From Candidatus Poribacteria bacterium (GTDB lineage Bacteria > Poribacteria > WGA-4E > PCPOR2b), in contig OZ242326.1 of the NCBI GenBank assembly GCA_965208325.1, positions 4,512,001 through 4,576,000 on the forward strand: a stretch of 64,000 nt of DNA, read 5' to 3'. The notes under the pieces were generated by a model. It saw only the letters and a list, made by a program, of their open reading frames with translations, had not been told where the DNA came from and did not search any database. The position numbers and the translations under genes are program-made. This document shows positions 37,028 to 45,522 of the stretch, piece by piece (positions within the stretch are counted from its first letter, which is position 1; every line of letters starts with the position of its first letter).

Positions 37028-38752
37028 TTACACTCCCGGTGGCGAAAGCATTACGGCGATATCTTCCGGTAGTTCCACGTTATTCTTCTGCTCAAAATGC
37101 GCCACGCTTTCATAGTCTTTGCGAAACAAAGCGACAATATCCGCTCCCTTCTCTTTGCCAATTGACAGATCTTCTTTTGCGTTTTCAAATTCGCTCTGTT
37201 GTAACCAAAACACACCGCGACTGTAATACGCAGTAGTAAAGTTGAGTTCAATCGCCTTGTCATGATCTTTTATGGCTAAGTCATACCTTCCTGAATCTCC
37301 GTGAACTTTCGCGCGATAGTCGTAAGCTTCGGCAAGGTCCGGTTCAAGCCCTAACGCTCTGTCAAAGTCTTCAATGGCGTGATAATACTTGCCTTTTTTA
37401 GCATAAGCTATTCCTCGATTGTTGAAGGCATTAGCATAGTTGGGTTTCAGGTCTATCGCTTTAGTATAGTTCCCAATAGCACGATGTATCTTGCCTTTAC
37501 AAAGCCAAGCATTGCCACGATTGTTATAGGCCTCTGCATAATTTCCGTTCAGTTTTATCGCCGAATCATATTCTTGAATAGCCCGGCTATAATCACCTGT
37601 CGCGGCAAAAGAAACTCCGCGATTATTGAGGGCATTAGCATTATTAGGGTTAAGGTCTATTGCTTTGGTCAGGTCCTGGATAGCGCGGTCTATCCTGCCA
37701 TTGTGGAAGAACGCCTTGCCACGATTGATATAGGCGTCGGAATGGGATGGTTCAAGTCTTATCACGGAGTCATAGTCCCCTATAGCGGCGTCATAGTTGT
37801 TCTTACGACTATTTTCGCAGCCTCGATTGTAATAGGCATCAATATCTTTAGGATTCAGGTCTATTACTTTGGTATAGTCCTCAATAGCACGGTCAAAATC
37901 GCCTTCATCGCCGTAGGCACGTCCGCGATTGAAATAAGCGTCCGTAAAATCAGGTTTAACTCGGATTGCCTTTGTATAGTGTTCAATGGATTCGCCATAC
38001 TGACCTGAATGCTGACAGGCAACGCCTTTGAAAAACAGAGTGTATGCCCCTTCGTGTATTCCTTGATGGATAATATATCCATGTAGATCGTTGTAGATGG
38101 TTTCTTTGGAGATTCCGTGGTACCTTCGCAGATGCTGTAGGAGCGGATGTTTTAGTGTGGCCGGAATAAACACTATGTCCTTCTCATATGGATCAATAAA
38201 GCCCTTCGGTGGGCGAAGAAATACGCTTTTTTGGGCAATTACGCGGTGTCGTGGATTATTAGGATGTCTAATCATGTTTTTTATCGATTCGGTGTTTTGT
38301 ATGACAACTCGGCCCTCTTCCTGTGGAAATCCGTCGCATGCGAAGAAAAGAGCAATGAAATAGTCGGTTGTGAAGTCTATCAGGTTTGTGGCACCACCGT
38401 AATGTTGGATCTCCGTGAGAAGCTCAAAATTCGCGGCGTCTCTGGTAGATTCTTTGGACACATTCATAACTGCATTGAGATCTGATTGAATGTCCTGTGC
38501 TATATGCCCTAAATGCTTTTTGGCGCCATTCAGCATCTCGTTTTGGATTGCTTCTATATCGCAGTGTTTTGCCTCCTCGCGATACTTACGCCAGAGTGTT
38601 GAGGATACTTTTCCGTAGTAGGGATCGCCTTCATGCCGTTCAGGTTCTCCGCGGAATAAGTACGTACCGTCTACACATTTTTTCTCAATCACGTGGATAA
38701 CGTCCTGAACTGTTCGGAGTTTTTGATTTGCACCGTCGGATTGATTTGACAT
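37028..38752 (-). CDS. FRG domain - TPR (about 9 repeats) fusion protein
   Basis: YLFRGE, IQHYGGATNLIDFT, ALFFAC, RVIAQKSVF, then TPRs and the shared cap. Confidence 0.9.
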   Translation of the reverse strand: MSNQSDGANQKLRTVQDVIHVIEKKCVDGTYLFRGEPERHEGDPYYGKVSSTLWRKYREEAKHCDIEAIQNEMLNGAKKHLGHIAQDIQSDLNAVMNVSKESTRDAANFELLTEIQHYGGATNLIDFTTDYFIALFFACDGFPQEEGRVVIQNTESIKNMIRHPNNPRHRVIAQKSVFLRPPKGFIDPYEKDIVFIPATLKHPLLQHLRRYHGISKETIYNDLHGYIIHQGIHEGAYTLFFKGVACQHSGQYGESIEHYTKAIRVKPDFTDAYFNRGRAYGDEGDFDRAIEDYTKVIDLNPKDIDAYYNRGCENSRKNNYDAAIGDYDSVIRLEPSHSDAYINRGKAFFHNGRIDRAIQDLTKAIDLNPNNANALNNRGVSFAATGDYSRAIQEYDSAIKLNGNYAEAYNNRGNAWLCKGKIHRAIGNYTKAIDLKPNYANAFNNRGIAYAKKGKYYHAIEDFDRALGLEPDLAEAYDYRAKVHGDSGRYDLAIKDHDKAIELNFTTAYYSRGVFWLQQSEFENAKEDLSIGKEKGADIVALFRKDYESVAHFEQKNNVELPEDIAVMLSPPGV

Positions 38753-38885
38753 TTTTTTTTATTCCTCCAGAATTATATATTGTTTGTTGGCATCTGAATC
38801 GCGAATTGCCTACACCTCAAAGGATTTCAACAGATATAATCCGCGCCACGAAGTTGGACTATCTTCAATGTGCGTAATCCGTGAT

Positions 38886-41800
38886 TCAGACAGTATTTTT
38901 CTCCACGACCGCAATTTCTTCATCAGATAAATCGTACAATGAGTATACTATCTGATCAATCTCATTTTCAAGTTCGGATACATCGGCGTCCGGGTCAGCG
39001 CGTTTGGCAGCGAGGATTTGATTGACTATGTTGGTGATGGACGCTTTTTGCGCTGGTTTGATAGAGGGAATAGGAATCTGAGAAACATATTGAGCAATAA
39101 ATCTCACAAAGCCACCCCGAATCTGCGTGCTTGTCTTTGTATAGAACCAAAACACGGTTTTGCTATTGAGCAAACCTAGAAGCCACATTTCCTTAGTCGG
39201 TAGAAGGTACAACGTGTTACCCAAAAAATAACAGTCATCATCGAAGGCAAATTCGGCTCCTTGTGCGATATCAGGGTAGACAATTTTCGTTTTCTCAAAC
39301 TCTTTCCAATAAGCACACGCTCGCAACTCCCAGAAATACTTCCCCTGATCGTACCGCTCAATGAGTCGGTCTCGAAAGGTTTGTAGGCGGGCGTGGATTG
39401 CGGGATACGTATCGGCAAAAATCGCCTCCGCCTCTACGGCAGATTCCTCCGACCACGGATGCGTCCGATTTTCCGACGATTCAATTTTGATGAGGTACTG
39501 CTCGGCGAAATTCACACCCCAGCGTTTCACATCTCGTCCGCGCAATAACGGTTTTAACACTTCAGCCGATGATGGATGATCCGCAATGAGTTGATTCCGC
39601 GTCGCTAGGTCCACAACAAATGCTTCGTTCAAACCTGTTAGGACACCTCGATAAAACCTTCCTTTGACATATTCCCCTAACGGTTTACCCGTGTTTCGGA
39701 GTTTCTTCAGCAGGTCTAACATTATTGGGGTGGTGAGCCGCCAACCGTCAGCGGTCAAGGCGTTTTGCGGCATGGTGAACCCCCGTGTTCGAAACACCGT
39801 CCCGAATTCGTCAATAGAGGACCCCGGCTCCCAATTCAGGGCGCGGAGATGATTCCCTTGAGCGTGGGGTTTGGACGCTGTGATAATACTTGGATAAGCA
39901 ATTGACGTAAAAACGGGGGCATCACCAAAGTCGATGAGTTGAGATACAGTGGATTTACAGGCGAGGAAATCTCGAAGTTTCTTACCGTATGCAGCTCGGA
40001 AATACTTATTGGACGAGATGTAGGTCAGGACTCCATTATCCGGCAGTAATTGAAAACCGCGTTCATAAAAATAGACGTAGAGATCGGCTGTGCCGGTGTA
40101 ACAGTCGTACTGCGTTTTCAACGTCGGCTTGAGATCTTTAATTTTCTCTTGGCGAACATACGGCGGATTGCCAATCACCACATCAAACCCTTCGGCGATA
40201 CCAAACATCCATTCTGGGTCAAACCAATCTGCTTCTTTATTCTGATCGTAGGGCTTCCAACTTGCGATTTTGCTGGCGTCTTGAAAACTGGAATCAAATT
40301 GGTTCTTACGCGCCTTATACTTTTTTCGTTCCTCCTTTAGTAACTGTTGGCGATGTTCAGTTTTCGGAAGTTGTGCGACTTTTCGGTCTATTTCTCGTTT
40401 CTGACGCTCCATCCATGATGCTCTCCGGCTGTCCAGTTCTTCTTGCAACCGTTCGCGACTTTCGTCCTCCAGCTCTTCGAGGTGAAGCTTCTGTCGTCGA
40501 TTATTTGTTAGATAATACTTTTCACGAATTCCCTCTATTTCTTTTATTAATTGCCGTACAGCGTCCTCTTGGAGTAACAATCGGGTTTCGGCTAACTGCA
40601 AGCCAATCAGCGTATTCGCGGCAACGAAGCGAGTTTCTAGATTCGGCAGGGGCTTAATTCCGAAATTGGCAACGGTCTCATCTACGACCTGTTCAATAGC
40701 AAGCGAGACAAAGAATCGGAGTTTGGCGATCTGGCACGCCTCAGGTTGGATGTCGACGCCGAAGATGCTGTTTTGTATCAGATACAACTTCCGTCCAAAG
40801 TCTGAATCGCGGTAACGTTCAAACGTATCACTAATTTCCTTCAGTTCGTCATCGCGCGCCTGCTGGTTTGAGATTTTGAACGCCGCCTGCGCCCGACGCC
40901 CGGCGCGGTCGCGCTGTAACTGTTCCCAAAGCGTGTTATCCGGATCAAGCCGCCGCAGCGCAAGGGTCAATTTGTGCAGCACACCCATCGGAAACGCGCC
41001 GGAACCGACCGCAGGATCCAGTATCTTCAGATTTGAAATCGCCCGTACAAGCCCGTTTATCTCATCGTCATCAAACCATTCGCTCGCATCGTCGCAGACT
41101 TGGGCATAATCCAACAGATAGTGCAATCGTTCATTCCAGAGTTTCACATCATCGTCCGTTGGCGACACTTGTTCTCCCAGCGTTGCAATTAACGCTTCCT
41201 CTACCATGTAGTCTACAATAGGACGCGGGGTGTAGTAGGAACCAGTCTGTTTACGTTTAGTTTCCCCAGTTTCAGGATTGTATGCGGCAAGCAGGTTTTC
41301 GAACACCTTGCCGAGCAGTTCAGGATCCAGCGCAACCTCCTGCTCTATCGGCGTGCTTTCCTCAACGGTAAACTTGTAGTGCGTCAGCAAGGAAATCAGA
41401 CCATCGTCACCAAAGAACAGACGGTTGGGAAGGCTAAGTTTTCTGAAATGCTCATCGGAAAAACAGTCAATGCGGGAACCTCCCGCTCTCATGCCCTTGA
41501 AGTCGTCCAGACAATCGAACAACCCTCCGTTGATGAATGGTGTTTTGCCAAACAACGCTTCAAGCGAATCCGGGTCATTCATCTGATCTTTGTAGCGATA
41601 TACGGAGAAATTTCGATGGTCGGGTTTCCCTTTACTGAACCGACGCTCGTCAATCTCGGTGTTCAACGTGGCAAAGAACAAGTTCTGTAATACCGCACGG
41701 TAGTAGGAATCTCCATTGTCACGATTGTAGTCCTTTAGCAAGAGAGTAACTTCGCGTTCGTCGAATAGTTCCTCCGCAACCAACCCCTTCTCTTTAATAA

Positions 41801-42605
41801 ACCAGACGAAAAGCAGACGCGTGATTAAGCGGATGACGTGCTGCTCCGTTTTCAGATTTCGTTTTTCGTTCTCCGGGAATCTTGATTCACAAACTGCCAA
41901 TTTAAACCAATTGAACAGCTTAAGGTAGAACTCCCTGTTAAGTGCTTCGGTGTCCAACGTAATTTTCCACGCCTCATGGAGTTCTTCAAAATTCGAGAAC
42001 TGGCGTGTACGGTGTAGTTCCGAAATCGAGAGATCGAACAAGATGTTGATGTGGGCGCGGTGGGGTTTAGCGAAATCAATATCTTTAATGAGCGTCACTT
42101 TTTCAAGGACATCTTTGGATACGTTGCGCTTGTGCAACCGTCGGTCGATTACGGCGAGGGTGAGCGTTTCGCCGTACTGGAATAGGACCATTGCGGGTAT
42201 CATGAGCAGTCTGTTGATTTCGCGCACGATGTCCGATAGTTGGGTGCGGGTGTAGCCGCGATTTTGTAGTTTTAGGGCGAAAAAGAGGTAGGATTCATAG
42301 CGATTTTGGTCGAAAGCGTTGCGTTCGAATCCCAACGTGGTTTGAGCGCTCTGGACGATTTCCTCCTCCGTCAGTTGGAAGAGGAGGTCTATGGATTCCC
42401 ATTCATTCAACAACCCCCGCTCCCGGTTCAACGTGTTATGTGAATCGAAGTGATTAATGAATCCGTCGGCGGTGTTGGGTTCAAGGTCAATCCGTCGTTC
42501 GCTGTGATAACCGAGGACGGTGAGAAGGTTTCGGGCGTTGTCGTCGAGGTTACCGTCGGCGAAGTGTTGTAGGGCTGTTTTGATGTTTTCTTTGGATGTG
42601 GTCAT
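38886..42605 (-). CDS. Type IIG-like (Eco57I family) N6-adenine DNA methyltransferase / RM enzyme with C-terminal TRD
   Basis: NGGLF, DPELLGKVFENLL, TGSYYTPR, ILDPAVGSGAF (motif I), VIGNPPY (motif IV), TaqI_C-like C-terminus. Confidence 0.92.
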   Translation of the reverse strand: MTTSKENIKTALQHFADGNLDDNARNLLTVLGYHSERRIDLEPNTADGFINHFDSHNTLNRERGLLNEWESIDLLFQLTEEEIVQSAQTTLGFERNAFDQNRYESYLFFALKLQNRGYTRTQLSDIVREINRLLMIPAMVLFQYGETLTLAVIDRRLHKRNVSKDVLEKVTLIKDIDFAKPHRAHINILFDLSISELHRTRQFSNFEELHEAWKITLDTEALNREFYLKLFNWFKLAVCESRFPENEKRNLKTEQHVIRLITRLLFVWFIKEKGLVAEELFDEREVTLLLKDYNRDNGDSYYRAVLQNLFFATLNTEIDERRFSKGKPDHRNFSVYRYKDQMNDPDSLEALFGKTPFINGGLFDCLDDFKGMRAGGSRIDCFSDEHFRKLSLPNRLFFGDDGLISLLTHYKFTVEESTPIEQEVALDPELLGKVFENLLAAYNPETGETKRKQTGSYYTPRPIVDYMVEEALIATLGEQVSPTDDDVKLWNERLHYLLDYAQVCDDASEWFDDDEINGLVRAISNLKILDPAVGSGAFPMGVLHKLTLALRRLDPDNTLWEQLQRDRAGRRAQAAFKISNQQARDDELKEISDTFERYRDSDFGRKLYLIQNSIFGVDIQPEACQIAKLRFFVSLAIEQVVDETVANFGIKPLPNLETRFVAANTLIGLQLAETRLLLQEDAVRQLIKEIEGIREKYYLTNNRRQKLHLEELEDESRERLQEELDSRRASWMERQKREIDRKVAQLPKTEHRQQLLKEERKKYKARKNQFDSSFQDASKIASWKPYDQNKEADWFDPEWMFGIAEGFDVVIGNPPYVRQEKIKDLKPTLKTQYDCYTGTADLYVYFYERGFQLLPDNGVLTYISSNKYFRAAYGKKLRDFLACKSTVSQLIDFGDAPVFTSIAYPSIITASKPHAQGNHLRALNWEPGSSIDEFGTVFRTRGFTMPQNALTADGWRLTTPIMLDLLKKLRNTGKPLGEYVKGRFYRGVLTGLNEAFVVDLATRNQLIADHPSSAEVLKPLLRGRDVKRWGVNFAEQYLIKIESSENRTHPWSEESAVEAEAIFADTYPAIHARLQTFRDRLIERYDQGKYFWELRACAYWKEFEKTKIVYPDIAQGAEFAFDDDCYFLGNTLYLLPTKEMWLLGLLNSKTVFWFYTKTSTQIRGGFVRFIAQYVSQIPIPSIKPAQKASITNIVNQILAAKRADPDADVSELENEIDQIVYSLYDLSDEEIAVVEKNTV

Positions 42606-42639
42606 TTTTTAGGTTCTCTGTAGGGAATTCATGAGTCAA

Positions 42640-43114
42640 AGGGCAGGCACAAGACCTGCTCCTACATTTTCACTTGGTCAATTTCTGCGGGGGCAACGCT
42701 TTTGTTTGTCTTGCTGATGTCGGGAATCGGAATTCCCTCCTACAGGGAGCATTTTGTAGGAGCGATTTCCGAATCGCGACCGGGCATGTTATATTCATTT
42801 AGGTTCATATTTACACAAGAGGATTGACTGATTGATAATCGAGGCTAGGAAGTCTCTCCCACAAACCAATGAGCAAATGTATGATTTTTCCCGTTCAGGA
42901 GAAACTGCGTGTTTATGAACCTCCACCTCCTTGGTAAGGAGGGGAATGATACGTTTTTTCGGTTCTCATTCAACCGTTCGGCTGTGCGTGTCTTGATAAT
43001 CCTCCCCTTTACTAAGGGGGAGCTAGAGGGGGTTGGTTGCGTATGGTCGGGAATTGGGAAGACTATCGCCTTCGCTATTCGCTCAGTTGATCCCTCCTTG
43101 CTAAGGAGGGGAAT
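42640..43114. repeat. Cluster of REP-like hairpins, a degraded MITE copy and the aagactatcgcc repeat
   Basis: gggcaggcacaagacctgctcctac, gggaatcggaattccctcctac, MITE 42790-42890 and three cctt..taagg hairpins. Confidence 0.75.
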
Positions 43115-43192
43115 AAGGCTTGTGTTCAGTTCTTATTCAACCTCCCATTTTGTTAGGAGTAGAATGGAATTGAGGTTAATTCGGTTGCATAA

Positions 43193-44473
43193 TCACCTCG
43201 TGTCGAGATGGGTGGTGTACCAGAGGCTGCCTGTTGGAATCCCTTCTGAAGAATGGTTGCTTACGGCGGGATGGTCGCTGGCGCGACGGATTGTGGAGTA
43301 GCCGTCCTCGCCCTTGTCTAGGATCCAGACCTCGTTCGGCTCCAACAGATCGACAAAATACGGCTGGTGCGTCGTGATGAAGACTTGCGATCCGCCTCTG
43401 CGCCCGGTGACGTATTCACGGAACTGTTTGGCGAGCGACTCCAAGAGTTTGTGGTACAAACCGTTTTCGGGTTCTTCGATACAGAGGAACGGGGGCGGCG
43501 CCGGGTCTTTTAGCAGCAGCAGGTATGCGAATAGTTTTAGTGTTCCGTCGGACATCTGCTGGGCGTAAAACGGCGCGCGAAAGCCTTTGTCGTTGAACCT
43601 GAGGAGCAGACGCCCGTCACTGGTTCTTTCCGTGTCGATCTGATCTACGCCCGGGATCTTGTCGGCGATCTCTTTGAGAATCGCGCCGAATCGGCGCGGA
43701 TGTTCGCGTTCCATGAATTGGACGACGTTGCCGAGGTTATCGCCGTGGATGTTGAGATGCTGCTGGGGACCGGCGCGCGGCAGGCTGCGCGCCGCGTCCG
43801 GCGTGAAGTAGCTGAGATACCAGCCTTCAATGAATTGCCGGAAAGCCGAGATTCGCGGGTGTTGTTTCAGGGCGCCGAGCGTGGCGATGCCGAGTTTGCT
43901 CCGATCTTCCAATTCGATGATTTCGGTCTGGCTGGATTCGTCCGCAATAATCAGCTTGATGAGTTCCGGGAAATCGAGTTGCTCCATCTTTTCGTCAATC
44001 TGATGACCCGCCTGTTTGCCCTTCCACGCCACGCCTTTGCCGCCGTTCAGGAACAAGAACGAGAATGGGCGGCCGTATTTCTGGCCTTTGCGCCTCTGTC
44101 TGAGGCGCTCTTTCAAGACAAACGGGCGTCCGGTCTCCTCTACGGCGATGGCGATTTCGTAAGTCATGGGCCGGGCGTTTCCGTGCTCTCTATAGTACAC
44201 CTCAAACTCGATGGGATCGGACTCGCCTTGTGTACGGATTTGCTCGAACCCGCCGCGTCCGCGCGTACCGCACGCCTCCTCAACGCCGGTCTTTAGGGCG
44301 TCAGCGAGGAAACCGAACGCATCGAAAAGCGCGCTTTTGCCGACGCCGTTCTTGCCGATGACTGCGGTCATGAGCGTGAGCGGTTGTATTTCCCGTTGGT
44401 TCCAAAGGCGCCCCAATGTCACATCTTTGAGTACCTTGAAGTTTTTTACTCTGAAGCCTTCGATTTTTGCCAT
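43193..44473 (-). CDS. AAA_21-type ABC ATPase (defence-associated predicted ATPase)
   Basis: GKNGVGKS, MSDGT, IEEPENGL, TTHQP. Confidence 0.9.
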   Translation of the reverse strand: MAKIEGFRVKNFKVLKDVTLGRLWNQREIQPLTLMTAVIGKNGVGKSALFDAFGFLADALKTGVEEACGTRGRGGFEQIRTQGESDPIEFEVYYREHGNARPMTYEIAIAVEETGRPFVLKERLRQRRKGQKYGRPFSFLFLNGGKGVAWKGKQAGHQIDEKMEQLDFPELIKLIIADESSQTEIIELEDRSKLGIATLGALKQHPRISAFRQFIEGWYLSYFTPDAARSLPRAGPQQHLNIHGDNLGNVVQFMEREHPRRFGAILKEIADKIPGVDQIDTERTSDGRLLLRFNDKGFRAPFYAQQMSDGTLKLFAYLLLLKDPAPPPFLCIEEPENGLYHKLLESLAKQFREYVTGRRGGSQVFITTHQPYFVDLLEPNEVWILDKGEDGYSTIRRASDHPAVSNHSSEGIPTGSLWYTTHLDTR

Positions 44474-44520
44474 GATACTGTGTTGGTTGGCAGAACGCGA
44501 TCGGTTCCGCGGCTACAAAA

Positions 44521-45522
44521 CTACGCTGATGCCATCCGCGCCATTATCTTATCTGCTAATTCTTTGAAATCACGACGGGCGGCATTTGCCGCAACGGCAT
44601 GGCTTCCGATAGCTCCGTCAGCGGGAGTGAGGTGAAAGATGGGCTTTCGCGCTTCCTGCGCCATTGGCACCAAGCTCCGGTAGTGCTTAACAGTGGCGAG
44701 GGCATTTGCTTTATCCTGTTCCGGCGTCTGAGGGTAAGGTCCGTCGTTGTCATCGAGCAGATTTCGTGCATATTCCTCCGGCATGCGGTTGACCCATTTG
44801 TCATACGCCTTAACAGGCCGCCCCAAGCGGACGCTGTGCTGCTGTACCACATAGCCAATTGGTTGAATTAATCCGCTAGGTATAGGTAGGTCAGAGATAG
44901 GGTTGCGGTCGTATCTATCCAACCACCCATTGCGCCAATCGTGCAGCGTTGGACCGAGGTTCCGCAACCCTTGAAGCGAGAATAGATCTGCTCCAAGTGG
45001 AACGATAACGTAATCTGTCGCCACTAGCACTGCCCTATTCAAAGCGCCTAAATTAGGGCCGACATCTACTAAAACAATCTCGACCTGATTACTTTCCGCC
45101 GCGTTTTGCAAAATGCGCCATAGCGCCGAAATTACCCGGAAAGCACGAGGGCGCCTATCAAGGCACTCTGGCCATTGGCTGGAAAGTTCATCTTCTGTGG
45201 CTGATAAAGCGAGGTCCCCCACGATGAGACTCAATTGCGGCGTAAAAATCTCCAGATGAGGATTTTCAATGTCGCCAGTTCCGTCTAAAAGCGGTTCAAG
45301 TGCACTATAGATGGATTTTCGGGGCCCATTGTCGGGCCAGAGTATTTCTAGTTGGTCTTCATTGATAAACATGCTCGTTAGGTTTGCCTGCGGGTCGAGA
45401 TCACAGGCAAGGACGCGGTGACCGATGTCGGAAAGCATCCACGCTAGATGATAAACTAACGACGTTTTGCCAACACCGCCTTTGTTGTTAAAGAATGTTA
45501 AAACTGGAACCGGCATTGTCAT
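44521..45522 (-). CDS. ParA/Soj-like ATPase (orphan)
   Basis: FNNKGGVGKT, DLDPQANLT, DVGPNLGALNR; ATGA overlap with the upstream gene. Confidence 0.9.
   Translation of the reverse strand: MTMPVPVLTFFNNKGGVGKTSLVYHLAWMLSDIGHRVLACDLDPQANLTSMFINEDQLEILWPDNGPRKSIYSALEPLLDGTGDIENPHLEIFTPQLSLIVGDLALSATEDELSSQWPECLDRRPRAFRVISALWRILQNAAESNQVEIVLVDVGPNLGALNRAVLVATDYVIVPLGADLFSLQGLRNLGPTLHDWRNGWLDRYDRNPISDLPIPSGLIQPIGYVVQQHSVRLGRPVKAYDKWVNRMPEEYARNLLDDNDGPYPQTPEQDKANALATVKHYRSLVPMAQEARKPIFHLTPADGAIGSHAVAANAARRDFKELADKIMARMASA

Noticed and set aside
35039..38008. Plus-strand hydrophobic ORFs 35039-35695, 35717-36046 and 37379-38008
   Set aside because: Antisense shadows of the periodic TPR codons.
26935..38893. 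Classical integron
   Set aside because: No intI gene, and the repeats lack RYYYAAC...GTTRRRY attC ends.
23550..42605. DISARM, BREX or Thoeris assignment
   Set aside because: No DrmA/DrmB (DUF1998), PglZ/BrxC or ThsA-like gene recognised.
44521..45522. Plasmid or prophage partition system
   Set aside because: No ParB, replication or phage genes, and the flanks are chromosomal housekeeping genes.
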